From Tubiluchus corallicola (taxonomy: Eukaryota; Animalia; Priapulida), in the NCBI GenBank assembly GCA_030141605.1, contig JAQGDQ010000335.1:186001-250000 (forward strand): 64,000 nt of DNA, given 5' to 3'. The notes under the pieces are model-generated. The model searched no databases and was not told where the DNA came from. It saw only the letters and a program-made list of their open reading frames with translations. Below, piece by piece: positions 63,876 to 64,000 of the stretch (position 1 is its first letter; each line of letters opens with the position of its first letter). The position numbers were made by a program, and so were the translations under genes.

Positions 63876-64000
63876 CTGCAAAATAGGAAACAATCTATAT
63901 ATTCGTGACATCACCAATTTTGTAGCGTCTTGTGAATTTATCAATTAGCAAAAACACAGACATAAATTATTGAGTAAAGTTAGGTAGATAGTAAGTTGGA

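Noticed and set aside
63876-63944. N-terminal part of the 293-aa channel ORF
   Set aside because: Intron read-through upstream of the acceptor

Overview
AT-rich, intron-rich animal (invertebrate-type) genomic DNA containing three protein-coding loci. (1) A large minus-strand gene (coding about 12676-55221) of the MTUS1/MTUS2/CCDC69 (ATIP/TIP150) coiled-coil family. I traced it exon by exon, and every splice phase is consistent. The long form (about 1764 aa) carries an N-terminal CAP-Gly domain, SxIP-type motifs and tau-like half repeats. Two further ATG-initiated exons in the large intron splice in phase into the same 10 coiled-coil exons, predicting an N-myristoylated form (about 1173 aa) and a short form (about 520 aa). 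(2) A convergent plus-strand gene with a single coding exon (7900-8337) for a 145-aa PH-fold-like protein ending in an LxxLxE+acidic motif. (3) The last exon of a DEG/ENaC (ASIC-like) channel at the right edge. The remainder is introns and intergenic DNA with microsatellites, a decayed RTE-type LINE fragment, a tRNA-derived SINE-like head, probable MITEs, small duplications, and RFX/CTCF/CRE-like motifs. All assignments come from manual reading; no database search was run.
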